DNA from: Cyanobacteria bacterium J06626_4
Lineage (GTDB): Bacteria; Cyanobacteriota; Cyanobacteriia; Phormidesmidales; Phormidesmidaceae
Reading direction: 5' to 3'
Assembly (NCBI GenBank): GCA_038523235.1
Contig: JBCBJQ010000030.1
Coordinates: 1 to 53,326, forward strand
Length of the DNA: 53,326 nucleotides
The notes below the pieces were generated by a model. The model did no database searches, had not been told where the DNA came from, and saw nothing but the letters and a program-made list of their open reading frames with translations. Below are positions 19,718 through 30,649 of the stretch, piece after piece. Numbering within the stretch: the stretch's first letter is position 1; every line of letters starts with the position of its first letter. The translations under genes were made by a program, and so were the position numbers.

Positions 19718-19896
19718 CCAGTCGTTGCATGGCCGGTGGCTTCTCCACTTGGTTGCCAGCGTCCAACTGGGCGGCCCCATCGAGACTCGGCCTCTGTTCT
19801 CTGAACTCAGCGACCCTCTACTCGATTCCTCGCTGCCGTCTAGGAACTCAAAGCCAGACTAGGCATCAAAAAACTGCACTCTTTAGGAACTGAAGC

Positions 19897-21201
19897 ATGC
19901 TAGAAACTCTTTCGACCCCATCCGAACTCACCGCTCTGCAACAGGAGGTGATCGCGGGCATTACCCAGGAAAAATGCGTCCAGTTAATCCAATCATTGGT
20001 ACCGACCGGGCAACCCGGCTGTGGTAATTCCATCGATCCAGAAGCGCCGATGGCCCACGAGGAAGATATTTCTAAACAGGTGGGGCAACATTTGCAGTCC
20101 TTGGGCTTAGATGTGGAATGGGTGGCGGCCATTGAAGGGCGGCCCAATGTGGTTGGCCGATGGAATGACGGATTGCCTGGTCCCTCGCTGATTTTTAACG
20201 ATCATTTGGATACCTATCCATCCTGTGATCCAAAAGAGTGGCACATGTCGGGACACAATCCCTACAACGCGACCCTGCACGGCAAATATCTCTACGGTCG
20301 CGGCACCTCGGATACCCGAGGCAATATGACCTGCCAGCTGATTGCCATCGAGATGCTGCGCCAGGCCGGGGTCAAAATCAATGGCGAACTGATTTGTGCC
20401 TACACGGTTGATGAAGAGCGCCACGGCCGCGCCGGTGCCTTGCACTTGCTCAATGAGTATGGCCTCACCGCTGATTATGAAATTACGGCGGAACCCACCT
20501 CTTGGACTGAGGAGAATGAATGGGGCATTGGCATTGCCTTGGCTCACTCTGGCCTGTGTTTGGTGGATATTGAAACGACCGGGGTGCGATCGCACATTTG
20601 GCGACCGGATGAAGGCGTGAATCCGGTGTTGCACATGGCTCAGCTGATTGAAGCCCTGCGGCAGACTACCTTTACGCACGAGCCCCCGCAAATTTATGGC
20701 CCCACTCAGCCCAGTATTTGCCCCGTCAAAATTGAGGCTGGCCAAATTGGGGAAGGGCAGTTTACCCCACCCTCTTGCAAGGCCAGGGTCTGGGTGATTG
20801 GTCTAGTGCCTGGCATGACCTACGAGTCGATTGTGCAGGATATGGAAAAAGTCATCGCTGAGCTGCAGGCCGCCGACCCCTCATTCCAGGCCACCATTAC
20901 CCAAGTGGAGGGGGAAACGTTTGTGCCTGCGTCCATTGAGGTGGCGGACGACGCTGCCCATGTACAAGCGTTGTCACGGGCGTATCAGACCATCTTAGGC
21001 AAAGAGCCCGTGCTGTATCGCAAGAATGCCTATTGCGATACTCTGCGCTTTGCCCACAGCGGCATTCCCTCCATTACCTTTGGCCCCGGCGAAGATGGGT
21101 GGCCACCGGTGAATGAATTTATTGACATGGATAAGGTCGTCGCCGCCACCAAAATTTACGCGTTATTCTTGCTGGATTTTTTCAAAGCTGAGAAAGGGTA
21201 A
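19897..21201 (+). CDS. M20-family (ArgE/DapE-like) metallo-amidohydrolase
   Basis: NDHLDT, YGRGTSD, VDEE, AEPT, FGPG. Confidence 0.88.
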   Translation: MLETLSTPSELTALQQEVIAGITQEKCVQLIQSLVPTGQPGCGNSIDPEAPMAHEEDISKQVGQHLQSLGLDVEWVAAIEGRPNVVGRWNDGLPGPSLIFNDHLDTYPSCDPKEWHMSGHNPYNATLHGKYLYGRGTSDTRGNMTCQLIAIEMLRQAGVKINGELICAYTVDEERHGRAGALHLLNEYGLTADYEITAEPTSWTEENEWGIGIALAHSGLCLVDIETTGVRSHIWRPDEGVNPVLHMAQLIEALRQTTFTHEPPQIYGPTQPSICPVKIEAGQIGEGQFTPPSCKARVWVIGLVPGMTYESIVQDMEKVIAELQAADPSFQATITQVEGETFVPASIEVADDAAHVQALSRAYQTILGKEPVLYRKNAYCDTLRFAHSGIPSITFGPGEDGWPPVNEFIDMDKVVAATKIYALFLLDFFKAEKG

Positions 21202-21214
21202 GTTCGCCATCACC

Positions 21215-21907
21215 ATGCTAGACAGTGCCCACCCTACCCCTGTTCAAATCACCATTCCGAGCCGACCGTATCCCTTAACCCTGACGTTGGCGCAGACAGC
21301 ACTCTTGGTGATCGACATGCAGAATGACTTCTGCACGCCTGGTGGGTGGGCCGATCACAAGGGCTCTGACATTAGCCAAACTCAGCGGCCGATTCAACCC
21401 CTCCAAACTCTGTTGGCCGCGCTCCGATCAACCCCCATCACTATCATCCATACCCGTGAGGGCCATCGGCCTGACTTAAGCGATTGTCCGCCCCACAAGT
21501 TGGCCCGCTCCCAGCACCAGAACGCTGAGATTGGCAGCGAAGGTGCCATGGGACGATTGTTGACTCGCGGTTCTAAGAGTCACGATTTTGTCGAGGCGCT
21601 ACAGCCGCTGTCGAGAGAAATTGTGCTGGATAAGCCAGGAAAAGGGGCTTTCGTGGCGACGGATTTGGATTTGATTTTGCGCCAGCGGGGGATTCGCCAG
21701 CTTTTGCTAACGGGGGTGACGACAGAGTGTTGTGTGCAGACCACCCTGCGGACTGCGAATGATCTGGGGTATGAATGTGTATTGCTAGAGGATTGCTGTG
21801 CGTCGTTTGTGCCGGACTTCCATCGGGTCACTGTAGAGATGACCCAAAAGATCTTTGGTTGGGTTACCGATTCTCATGAGTTGATGCAATCGTTGACGGG
21901 TCTGTAG
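21215..21907 (+). CDS. Cysteine hydrolase (isochorismatase family), biuret/triuret hydrolase-like
   Basis: IDMQNDF, HTREGHRPDL, DKPGKGAF, GVTTECCV (Asp-Lys-Cys triad). Confidence 0.9.
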   Translation: MLDSAHPTPVQITIPSRPYPLTLTLAQTALLVIDMQNDFCTPGGWADHKGSDISQTQRPIQPLQTLLAALRSTPITIIHTREGHRPDLSDCPPHKLARSQHQNAEIGSEGAMGRLLTRGSKSHDFVEALQPLSREIVLDKPGKGAFVATDLDLILRQRGIRQLLLTGVTTECCVQTTLRTANDLGYECVLLEDCCASFVPDFHRVTVEMTQKIFGWVTDSHELMQSLTGL

Positions 21908-21945
21908 AACGGGCGAATTGCCCCGACCATCACCCTCACTGGCGA

Positions 21946-22057
21946 TTCCCCCAACCTCCTTGAAAGGGGCAACTCAATCCAGGTATGGAATAGCTCCCTT
22001 TTTCTACGCGCAGCCATGCCCGCAGGGCTTTAGGGGGCAGCGACAGCGAGGGATCTG
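21946..22057. repeat. Degenerate cyanobacterial intergenic repeat element
   Basis: CCCCCAACCTCCTTGAAAGGGG ... CTCCCTTTTT..AGGGGG..GAGGGATC; shares TGCCCGCAGGG with the 17720 element. Confidence 0.5.
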
Positions 22058-22214
22058 CGACTTGTAGGCGATTTTGCAGAATTGATATCACACCGTCACT
22101 GCCCCTCAGTCAGGTCGACCCTGCTGCCCATGACTGTCAAAAAAGGAGGAGTCCGGCCACGCTTCAGCATTTGTTAAGATTCTGACCTATTCCTTTTCAG
22201 GTGGGCTCGCCGTC

Positions 22215-23990
22215 ATGGTCTCTTCTCATCCGCTTCAACGCCTGCTTCGCTACAGCCGCAAATATCGCCGCGAGGTGTGGCTCGCCAGCAGTTGCTCCGT
22301 GCTCAACAAGCTGTTTGACCTGGCTCCCCCCGTGTTGATTGGCCTCGCGGTAGACGTCGTGGTGCAGCAGCAAGATTCGTGGATTGCCGGTTTGGGCATT
22401 CCCGGCGTGCGCGGACAGTTTTTTGTGCTGGCGGGGCTGACGGCAGTGACTTGGGGGCTAGAGTCCACCTTTCAATATGCCTATTCGGTGCTGTGGCGCA
22501 ACCTGGCGCAAACGATGCAGCGTGATTTGCGGATTGAAGCCTACGCGCATCTGCAAGATTTAGAGCTGGCCTATTTTGAAGACCACAGCACGGGTGGTTT
22601 GATGGCGGTGTTGAACGACGACATCAACCAGCTCGAACGGTTTTTGGATGTGGGGGCTAACGAAGTGCTGCAGGTGGTGACCACCATTCTGCTGATTGGC
22701 ACGGCGTTTTGGGTGTTGGCTCCGGCGGTGGCCTGGATGGCGGTATTGCCGATGCCGTTTATTGTGTGGGGCGCGATCGCCTTTCAAAAGTTTTTAGCGC
22801 CCCGATATGCTGCCGTGCGCGAGCGAGTCAGCCTGCTCAACAGCCGCCTGTCGAACAATATTTCGGGCATTCTCACCATCAAAAGTTTTACCGCTGAGGG
22901 CTATGAAACCGAGCGCGTGCGCGAAGACAGCGAAGCCTATCGCCAAAGTAACCGCCACGCGATCGCCTACAGCGCCGCCTATATTCCCCTGATCCGCATC
23001 TTGATTCTGATTGGCTTTACGGCCACGCTGATTTTTGGCGGCCTGATGGCGGTGGAGGGGCAGCTCGCGGTCGGCACCTACAGCATGTTGGTATTTCTCA
23101 CCCAGCGGCTGCTATGGCCGCTCACTCGCCTGGGCGACACATTAGATCAGTATCAGCGGGCTATGGCCTCCACCAATCGCGTGATGGATTTACTGGATAC
23201 TCCCATTGCCCTCCATCCCGGTGAGCGCCGCCTGCCGGTGAGCAATGTGCAGGGTGATGTGCAATTTACCGATGTCACCTTTGCCTATGGTGAGCACCGC
23301 CCAGTGGTCGAACATCTGACGCTTAAGATTCCCGCCGGTCACACCATTGCTGTGGTGGGGGCGACCGGCTCGGGTAAAAGCACGCTAGTGAAACTGCTCT
23401 TGCGACTCTATGAAGTGGATCACGGTCGCATCACGGTCGATGGCCTCGACGTGCGCGAACTCGCGCCTCAAGACCTACGGCAGGCGATTGGGTTGGTCAG
23501 TCAAGATGTTTTTTTGTTTCACGGTACCGTGGCTGACAACATTGCCTATGGCACCTTTGAGGCCGATGCTGCCGCCATTGCTGCTGCCGCTCGGGCCGCC
23601 GAGGCCCACGAGTTTATCGAGCGCTTGCCCCAAGGGTATGACACCATCGTGGGTGAGCGGGGCCAAAAGCTCTCCGGCGGGCAGCGGCAACGCTTGGCGA
23701 TCGCCCGTGCCATTCTCAAAAATCCGCCAATTTTAGTTTTAGATGAAGCCACCTCAGCGGTCGATAACGAAACCGAGGCGGCGATTCAAAAATCGTTAGA
23801 AAAGATTACCCAAAACCGCACCACTATCGCGATCGCCCACCGCCTCTCGACCATTCGCAATGCCGACCGCATCTACGTGATGGACCAAGGCCAACTTGTG
23901 GAATGGGGCACTCACGAAGAACTCATTGATCGCCAGGGCCTCTACGCCGGACTGTGGCAAGTGCAAACGGGGGTGAAAGTTGGGGCCTGA
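22215..23990 (+). CDS. ABC exporter, fused permease/ATPase (MsbA/Sav1866-like)
   Basis: N-terminal TM domain; [27 protein letters not shown]. Confidence 0.93.
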   Translation: MVSSHPLQRLLRYSRKYRREVWLASSCSVLNKLFDLAPPVLIGLAVDVVVQQQDSWIAGLGIPGVRGQFFVLAGLTAVTWGLESTFQYAYSVLWRNLAQTMQRDLRIEAYAHLQDLELAYFEDHSTGGLMAVLNDDINQLERFLDVGANEVLQVVTTILLIGTAFWVLAPAVAWMAVLPMPFIVWGAIAFQKFLAPRYAAVRERVSLLNSRLSNNISGILTIKSFTAEGYETERVREDSEAYRQSNRHAIAYSAAYIPLIRILILIGFTATLIFGGLMAVEGQLAVGTYSMLVFLTQRLLWPLTRLGDTLDQYQRAMASTNRVMDLLDTPIALHPGERRLPVSNVQGDVQFTDVTFAYGEHRPVVEHLTLKIPAGHTIAVVGATGSGKSTLVKLLLRLYEVDHGRITVDGLDVRELAPQDLRQAIGLVSQDVFLFHGTVADNIAYGTFEADAAAIAAAARAAEAHEFIERLPQGYDTIVGERGQKLSGGQRQRLAIARAILKNPPILVLDEATSAVDNETEAAIQKSLEKITQNRTTIAIAHRLSTIRNADRIYVMDQGQLVEWGTHEELIDRQGLYAGLWQVQTGVKVGA

Positions 23991-24042
23991 TGACAGGAGT
24001 AGTACAAAGTTTTGATTTTTATGGACAAATCGCAATTGGGTT

Positions 24043-24056
24043 GGTACTGTTGTTCT
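24043..24056 (+). promoter_or_regulatory. Cyanobacterial LexA (SOS) box
   Basis: GGTAC-TGTT-GTTCT matches RGTAC-N3-D-GTWCB, 35 bp upstream of lexA. Confidence 0.75.
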
Positions 24057-24090
24057 GATACCCAATAGGCAGAAGTCTAGGAAGGCAGTA

Positions 24091-24702
24091 ATGGAAACTT
24101 TAACCGAAGCGCAACAAGAACTCTATGACTGGCTCGTAGACTATATCCGTCAAAACCAACATTCGCCGTCGATTCGGCAGATGATGCGGGCCATGGGTCT
24201 CAAATCGCCAGCGCCGATTCAAAGCCGCCTCGATCATCTGCGCAAAAAGGGCTACATCGATTGGGTCGAGGGGCAAGCCCGCACTATCCGCATTCTGCAA
24301 GACCAAGAGGGCGTGCCCGTCTACGGCATCATCGCTGCTGGCTATGTCAACATTGCCTCGCAAGCCGAAGCCGAGGTTGAGCGCCTCAACCTGGCCGGGT
24401 TGCCGATCAAAATGGGGGACTATGCCCTGCGCGTCACGGGGGAAAGCATGATCGAAGCCATGATCGGCGACGGCGACATGGTGATTATGCGACCGGTTAA
24501 AGATCCTCAAAGCGTTCGAGAAGGTACGATCGTCGCCGCTCGGGTGCCCGACGGGACGACCCTCAAATATTTCCATCGCCGGGGCAACATCGTGCAGCTG
24601 GTGCCCGCCAATCCGAACTACCCGATTCAAGAGTTTCCGGCCGACCAGGTCGAGATTCAAGGGAAGCTGGTCGGAGTTTGGCGCGACTACTTTGCCGAAT
24701 AA
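24091..24702 (+). CDS. lexA: SOS repressor LexA
   Basis: LTEAQQELY..SPSIRQMM..LKSPAPIQSRL wHTH; Ala-Gly site (IAAG), Ser (GESM), Lys (TLK). Confidence 0.97.
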   Translation: METLTEAQQELYDWLVDYIRQNQHSPSIRQMMRAMGLKSPAPIQSRLDHLRKKGYIDWVEGQARTIRILQDQEGVPVYGIIAAGYVNIASQAEAEVERLNLAGLPIKMGDYALRVTGESMIEAMIGDGDMVIMRPVKDPQSVREGTIVAARVPDGTTLKYFHRRGNIVQLVPANPNYPIQEFPADQVEIQGKLVGVWRDYFAE

Positions 24703-24864
24703 AGGTTTGATCAGCGTTAACACCTACCCGGCGATGAGCGGCTCACGATGTATCGCGTTGCTAGCGGAAGCGCTGAGAAAGGTCACGGGGTAATACACTA
24801 TTCTCGGGCTTAGCACTGTGTAATTGAGCCTGCGGAGTACCTCGCGCCCGGTGAAAGAGACTTT

Positions 24865-26586
24865 ATGAAATCGCGTACCTTCTATTCAGCGATCGCCCTA
24901 GTTGCCGGACTGCTCGTCTTGGTGGGGGCAGCTGGATTTTGGGGACTCACCTCACAAAACCCCCGCGCATTGCTCACTCAAGGCGGCCAAACCGTACCGA
25001 CTGCCGCGCAGTTTGTACCCCGCCAAGCGCCGATGATGGCCGCTTTGCTCGCTCGCCCTGACCGGGTCTGGCAGCTGCGACAGTTACTGACACCTGCGAA
25101 TCGCCGCTTTGTCGCTCGCCAAGAGTGGCAAGCCCTCAAACAATCTTTAGAAACCACCGTCGGTTGGGCCTACGATGCCGATGTGCGACCCTGGTTGGGG
25201 TCAGAAGTGACCTTCGCCGTCACGACCCCTGACCTCGATCATGACGAGACGAATGGGCTGCAGGCGGGCTATTTAGCCTTGCTTAGCTGCCGCGATGTCG
25301 AGGCCGCGCGCGAAGCCCTGCATGTGCTGTGGCAGCAGCGAGCCGCTCAGGGCCGCAAGCTGATTTTTGAAACGGTTTCCGGCATTCCCCTGATTTATGA
25401 CCAGGCACCTAGTCGTCCATCGTCAAAGGGGCTCCGGGGCCAGGCTGAAACGGTGGGTTTAGAAGCGTTAACCTCGGCCCTGGTGGGCGATCGCTACGTG
25501 TTGTTAGCTAACGATCCGCGCGTGCTGCGTCAGGCGATCGCGACTTATCAAGCCCCGGATGTGAGTCTGGCCCGCGCGGCTAACTACCGCACGGCGATCG
25601 CCACCTTGCCACCGCAGCGGATTGGCTGGGTCTACGCCAACGGGCCACGTCTGCTGGCCTGGCTGGGCAAGGCAGATCAGGCTGAGTCGTCTCTTGCTGA
25701 CGCTGGCGAGCCCACTGCTAACTTCCTGTTTTTATCGCTGCGGGCCTTCTCTGAGGGGTTACTCGGCGATACGGCGATTGCGGCGGCTCCGGGCCAAACC
25801 TTTGCTGTAAATCAGCCCCATTCTGCCGCACTCACCACGGCTCTGGATCTGCTGCCCGAGAACACTCTGTTTGCCACCACAGGCAGCGATTTGGCGCAGC
25901 GTGTGGCCGCCAGCCAGCGGAGCCTCGGGGGTGTCAGTGTGGCGCAGCGATCGTTCAGGACGCTGTTAGAGTCGCTGTCGCTATCGGCCGACCCGGCGCT
26001 TACCGAATTGCTCCCAGCGCTGCCGGGAGACTATACGATGTGCCTGTTGCCAGGGACGACGCCCACCTGGCTGTTCTTGACCCCTCTTGCCGAGGGGCAA
26101 TCGTGGTCTGCCGTCGATGAGTTTGCCAAAACCCAAGGCATCAACGTGAGTCAGGTACCGTTGGGCGATCGCACCCTCACCACTTGGACGCGCGTCGGCG
26201 TGACCCGCTCGAATGCCCAGAGCCCACTGAGTATCACGACTCAGGTCGTCGGCGTTCATACTGTGGTGCAAGGCCATCAGGTGCTGGCAACGTCGCTGGC
26301 TGGGCTCGAGCAGGTATTACAGAGTGTGACCACTCCGTCGTTATTGGCGCAGCCTGCTTTTGGGCAGCTTACTGAGCAGTTTGAGCAGCCCGGTCAGGCG
26401 CTGACCTACGTCAACTGGCCCGCCTTGGCCCCGACACTGATAGACCAGTTTCCTTGGCTGCAGGCGATCGCCGCGGCTGGGCAACCGTTGACCGGTCATA
26501 TCGGGGCAATCACCATCAGTGACTATGGCAGTAGTGAGTCTTTGCAACAGGGGAGTGTGGCGATCAGACTGGTGGAAGATCCTTGA
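24865..26586 (+). CDS. DUF3352 domain protein
   Basis: N-terminal TM; FVPRQAP, DVRPWLGSEVTFA motifs. Confidence 0.75.
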   Translation: MKSRTFYSAIALVAGLLVLVGAAGFWGLTSQNPRALLTQGGQTVPTAAQFVPRQAPMMAALLARPDRVWQLRQLLTPANRRFVARQEWQALKQSLETTVGWAYDADVRPWLGSEVTFAVTTPDLDHDETNGLQAGYLALLSCRDVEAAREALHVLWQQRAAQGRKLIFETVSGIPLIYDQAPSRPSSKGLRGQAETVGLEALTSALVGDRYVLLANDPRVLRQAIATYQAPDVSLARAANYRTAIATLPPQRIGWVYANGPRLLAWLGKADQAESSLADAGEPTANFLFLSLRAFSEGLLGDTAIAAAPGQTFAVNQPHSAALTTALDLLPENTLFATTGSDLAQRVAASQRSLGGVSVAQRSFRTLLESLSLSADPALTELLPALPGDYTMCLLPGTTPTWLFLTPLAEGQSWSAVDEFAKTQGINVSQVPLGDRTLTTWTRVGVTRSNAQSPLSITTQVVGVHTVVQGHQVLATSLAGLEQVLQSVTTPSLLAQPAFGQLTEQFEQPGQALTYVNWPALAPTLIDQFPWLQAIAAAGQPLTGHIGAITISDYGSSESLQQGSVAIRLVEDP

Positions 26587-26728
26587 AAATCTTCCCAGTT
26601 TGCCCCGTCACTTAATGTATCTAAGATAAGCGGGGAACTCTTTAATAAGTTGAGGCTTCCTCTGGCAAGGATGACCACTAATTTTATTGAGAGTGAATAT
26701 GGCAAATTTGCTGATTGATGAGGAACTT

Positions 26729-27061
26729 ATGAAATCTAATATCCGAATTCTGGAGCCAGCTGGCATCTTAGACGGCACGAAGGCGGAGGCTTTCCGTCAG
26801 GAAGTTGATGCAGCCCTAGATGACGGTGCCGACACGTTACTAATTGATCTGGCCAACATCTCATTCGTTGACAGTTCTGGCTTGGGAATTTTGGTCGTCG
26901 TCTTGAAAAAGGTGCGAGCGTCTCAAAAGAAGATGTACGTTTGCTCGATTAACGATCAGGTGCGCATGCTATTTGAACTCACCAGCATGGATCGCGTCTT
27001 TGAAGTCTTACCCGATCGCGCTGCCTTTGAAGAAAAAGTCGCGGGTGCTTCTAACGCCTAG
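26729..27061 (+). CDS. STAS-domain anti-sigma factor antagonist
   Basis: FVDSSGLG phospho-Ser motif, LFELTSMDRVF; RBS GAGGA. Confidence 0.92.
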   Translation: MKSNIRILEPAGILDGTKAEAFRQEVDAALDDGADTLLIDLANISFVDSSGLGILVVVLKKVRASQKKMYVCSINDQVRMLFELTSMDRVFEVLPDRAAFEEKVAGASNA

Positions 27062-27211
27062 CTCGGTTTGTGGAGCGGGCGCGATCATGCCCACCAAGGC
27101 TCTAGCCCGCATGGATGACGTGCCCTAGTTGGGCCTCAACCGTGGCTGTTGGTTGCCGATTCCCCGCTGTCGCCGCCGCCTGTCAGCAGGGCGATTCACC
27201 CACGGTATGGG

Positions 27212-27247
27212 AAAGCCTCCCTCTTGAAAAGATTGGGGGGCTTTTTT
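27212..27247 (+). terminator. Rho-independent terminator
   Basis: AAAGCCTCCC..GGGGGGCTTTTTT between convergent genes. Confidence 0.7.
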
Positions 27248-27397
27248 AGCATGTTGAGGTGTCGGCTAGATTTGTCCAATTGACATCCACTTGGCAGCAT
27301 TCGGAATTCAGAGCGCAGAATACCCTGCGGGAAGTGCAAGGCCCTACGGAATTCGGAGTTAATAAAGTTTGCCAGAAAATGATTTCAGCCCCTGCAT

Positions 27398-28366
27398 TTA
27401 GCGGTTGGCATAGGCTGCCATCGGCTCTTTGATAAAGCGAATATAGAGATGCTTAAAGGTTGAACGCATAACGCGGGGCATGCCAAAGTCGATGGGCATG
27501 AGTTGGCCCGGCAGCTGCCAGTCGGCGATCGCTAAGTCTTCTGGAAGCTGACCAACAAACTCAATGTCTGACCAGGCGGGGCAGCAGTCCAAACGCTGCG
27601 ACTGAGCCACGGTGGGAATGTCCGCCGGACTTGCCCCTAAAATTTCGATCAGCGCCCGATCCAGTGCAAAAACATTGGTCGAAGCACCCAAAACTCCTAA
27701 AGCTCTGGGTTCACCGTTGCTGGGGCCGCTCCCTTCGTGGCCGATGATGCCATCCACAATCGTTAGCTGAGGGGCAATGGCGCGGGCCGTTTCAACCAGC
27801 ATTGTGGCAAAGCGATCGCGATCCTTCCCTGCTTCCATATGCCACCAAGCTTTCATCTTGCCCGGCACACAGCCAAACAAATTTTTTACTCCCAGGGTCA
27901 AGGTCAGCTGTACATGGGACTTGACCTTCGGCAAATTGATCACCACGTCAGCCTTCATCGCCTCTTTTGACAGACGCAGATGGGCCAACTCACCGTTGGC
28001 GGCTGTGGCATAGCGCTGACCATGCAGCTCTTGTACCGGCATCCCGGCCTTTTCTAACCAGGGCAGGTAACCGTTGGCTTTGGCTACCCCATAGGCACTG
28101 CCAAAGGCCGGACTATCCCCCATAAACGGTTCACCCCCAGCCGCTTTGACTAACTCCGCCACGCAGTAAACAATTTCTGGCCGGGTGACACATTCTTTAG
28201 TTGGTCTGGCCCCCGTCAACAAGTTAGGTTTGAGCAGCACGCGATCGCCGGGTTTCACCACCGCTGCCATGCCGCCCAAAGGGGCCAACAACTGCTCTAG
28301 CTTGAGCATGACGTCATCGATAGCGTAGCTCTGAGCTTTAAGTAGGGAGACGGTAGCAGTCGTCAT
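27398..28366 (-). CDS. DUF362 domain protein
   Basis: [38 protein letters not shown]. Confidence 0.9.
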   Translation of the reverse strand: MTTATVSLLKAQSYAIDDVMLKLEQLLAPLGGMAAVVKPGDRVLLKPNLLTGARPTKECVTRPEIVYCVAELVKAAGGEPFMGDSPAFGSAYGVAKANGYLPWLEKAGMPVQELHGQRYATAANGELAHLRLSKEAMKADVVINLPKVKSHVQLTLTLGVKNLFGCVPGKMKAWWHMEAGKDRDRFATMLVETARAIAPQLTIVDGIIGHEGSGPSNGEPRALGVLGASTNVFALDRALIEILGASPADIPTVAQSQRLDCCPAWSDIEFVGQLPEDLAIADWQLPGQLMPIDFGMPRVMRSTFKHLYIRFIKEPMAAYANR

Positions 28367-28440
28367 GGGGATAAGCGCCAAAAAGGACGGGTGATGTCTC
28401 TAAAAGTATGCAAAGTTTTGGCCCATCCCGCTAGCGATCG

Positions 28441-28500
28441 CCCCCTCCACTCCCCACTCCCCCTACCCTCCACTCCCTCTACCCTCCACTCCCCCCCACC
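28441..28500 (+). repeat. C-rich short tandem repeat (STRR-like)
   Basis: Iterated CCCTCCACTCCC/CCCTAC units in the DUF362-mnmG spacer. Confidence 0.6.
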
Positions 28501-28597
28501 CTGCCAACATCAAGAAATTCGACCCGACCCGCTAAGATTTACGAGGAGAGTATTTTTCCCAAATTCTCCTCACCCTCGTACGTTGACGACAGATTGC

Positions 28598-30529
28598 ATG
28601 GCTTCTCCTGGTTCCGTTGATTTTTTAGACGAATTTGATGTGGTCGTGGTCGGTGGCGGGCATTCCGGTTGCGAAGCCGCGCTGGCAGCGGCGCGATTAG
28701 GCTGTCGCACCTTGATGATCACGCTGAATCTAGACAAAATTGCCTGGCAGCCGTGCAATCCGGCGGTCGGTGGTCCTGCCAAATCACAGCTGGCTCACGA
28801 AGTTGATGCCCTGGGGGGCGAAATCGGCAAAATGACCGATCGCACCTACTTGCAAAAACGAATTCTCAACAATTCTCGGGGACCTGCCGTGTGGGCGCTG
28901 CGAGCCCAAACCGATAAGCGCGAATATGCGGCGGTGATGAAGACCCTGGTGGAAAACCAGGCCAATCTGACTCTGCGCGAAGGCATGGTGACCGACTTGG
29001 TCCTGGATGACAACGATGCCGTAGTTGGTGTCGAAACCTACTTCGGCGTCGCCTTCAAATGCCAAGCGGTGATTCTCACAACTGGGACGTTTTTGGGCGG
29101 CACCATTTGGGTCGGTAACAAATCGATGGCGGCGGGTCGCGCGGGCGAATTTGCCGCGATCGGCCTGACCGATACGCTAAATCGCCTCGGCTTTGAAACG
29201 GGACGCCTAAAAACCGGCACCCCGGCTCGGGTCGATCGCCGCTCAATCAATTTTGACGTACTGGAACCGCAGCCTGGCGATGCCGACGTGCGCTGGTTTA
29301 GCTTTGACCCCGACGTCTGGGTCGAGCGGGAACAAATGCCCTGCCACCTGACCCGCACCACGCCAGAGACCCACCGCATCATTCGCGAAAACCTGCATCT
29401 CTCCCCCGTGTATGGCGGCTGGGTGGAGTCTAAAGGGCCGCGCTACTGCCCCAGCATTGAAGACAAAATTGTGCGGTTTGCTGATAAAGACAGCCACCAA
29501 ATCTTTTTGGAACCGGAAGGGCGGGACATTCCGGAAATTTATGTGCAGGGCTTTTCGACCGGATTGCCAGAAGCTCTGCAGCTAGCGATGTTGCGCAGCC
29601 TACCGGGGCTAGAGCACTGTGCCATGCTGCGACCGGCTTATGCGGTCGAATATGACTACCTGCCCGCAACCCAGTGCTATCCCACGATGATGACCAAGCG
29701 GGTCGCTGGGCTGTTTTGCGCCGGTCAGATCAACGGCACGACGGGCTATGAAGAGGCCGCCGCCCAGGGCATCGTGGCGGGCATCAATGCGGCGCGGTTA
29801 GTGCAGGGGCAGGAGCCGTTGGTGCTACCCCGCGAAGGCAGCTACATCGGCACGCTGCTCGATGACCTGTGTACCAAAGATCTGCGCGAACCCTACCGGA
29901 TGCTGACGTCGCGGTCAGAATATCGGCTGCTGTTGCGATCGGACAATGCCGACCAGCGCCTCACGCCTCTAGGCCGGGAGATTGGCCTGATTGATGATCA
30001 TCGCTGGCAGCGCTTTCAACAAAAGCAGGCCCACATTCAGGCGGAAAAAGTGCGTCTCGGCAAGACCCGCGTCAAAGAGTTGGATGACATGGGCCAACGC
30101 ATCGCAGCGGATACTGGCCAGCGCATCAAGGGCTCGATTACCCTCGCCGATCTCCTGCGGCGTCCTGGTTTCCACTATCCCCATCTAGAAGGGTATGGGT
30201 TGGGAGATGCTGACCTGGCGCGAGAGGAAAAGGAAGGGGCTGAAATCGACATCAAGTATGCGGGCTACATTCAGCGGCAGCAGACCCAAATCGATCAGGT
30301 GAGCAAAAATACGAACCGCAAGCTACCCGAAGGGTTGGATTATCACACCATTGACACTCTATCGAAAGAGGCACGGGAGCGCTTGAGCAAGGTGCGCCCG
30401 CTGACGATTGGCCAAGCCTCGCGCATTGGCGGCGTCAATCCCGCTGATATCAATGCGCTACTGGTACATCTTGAAGTGCAGTCGCGCCGCCGGAAGATGG
30501 CGTCTGATCCCGTGGCGATCGCGCCTTGA
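28598..30529 (+). CDS. mnmG: tRNA uridine 5-carboxymethylaminomethyl modification enzyme MnmG/GidA
   Basis: [52 protein letters not shown]. Confidence 0.98.
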   Translation: MASPGSVDFLDEFDVVVVGGGHSGCEAALAAARLGCRTLMITLNLDKIAWQPCNPAVGGPAKSQLAHEVDALGGEIGKMTDRTYLQKRILNNSRGPAVWALRAQTDKREYAAVMKTLVENQANLTLREGMVTDLVLDDNDAVVGVETYFGVAFKCQAVILTTGTFLGGTIWVGNKSMAAGRAGEFAAIGLTDTLNRLGFETGRLKTGTPARVDRRSINFDVLEPQPGDADVRWFSFDPDVWVEREQMPCHLTRTTPETHRIIRENLHLSPVYGGWVESKGPRYCPSIEDKIVRFADKDSHQIFLEPEGRDIPEIYVQGFSTGLPEALQLAMLRSLPGLEHCAMLRPAYAVEYDYLPATQCYPTMMTKRVAGLFCAGQINGTTGYEEAAAQGIVAGINAARLVQGQEPLVLPREGSYIGTLLDDLCTKDLREPYRMLTSRSEYRLLLRSDNADQRLTPLGREIGLIDDHRWQRFQQKQAHIQAEKVRLGKTRVKELDDMGQRIAADTGQRIKGSITLADLLRRPGFHYPHLEGYGLGDADLAREEKEGAEIDIKYAGYIQRQQTQIDQVSKNTNRKLPEGLDYHTIDTLSKEARERLSKVRPLTIGQASRIGGVNPADINALLVHLEVQSRRRKMASDPVAIAP

Positions 30530-30649
30530 TGGGTGGCGGTATGGAGGATGGGAAAGTGCTCGAAGCTTGGAAGCTCCGCCTCCGGCACGAGCTGAAAAAT
30601 TGGGCGGCGGCGTGCCTTTGGCCGAGAACCTTTGACTCGGCGCTTTAGA

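Noticed and set aside
17720..22057. CRISPR array or IS element from the intergenic repeats
   Set aside because: No regular repeat-spacer periodicity, cas genes or transposase anywhere in the window
24100..24723. 207-aa antisense ORF over lexA, and other long shadow ORFs (20107..20745, 36378..36890)
   Set aside because: They are antisense to well-supported genes and have no motifs; expected from codon bias
28391..28597. Pro-rich N-terminal extension of MnmG; likewise the extensions at 9286, 10585, 17873 and 21113
   Set aside because: Read-through of repeats or upstream genes; downstream ATGs match the family starts
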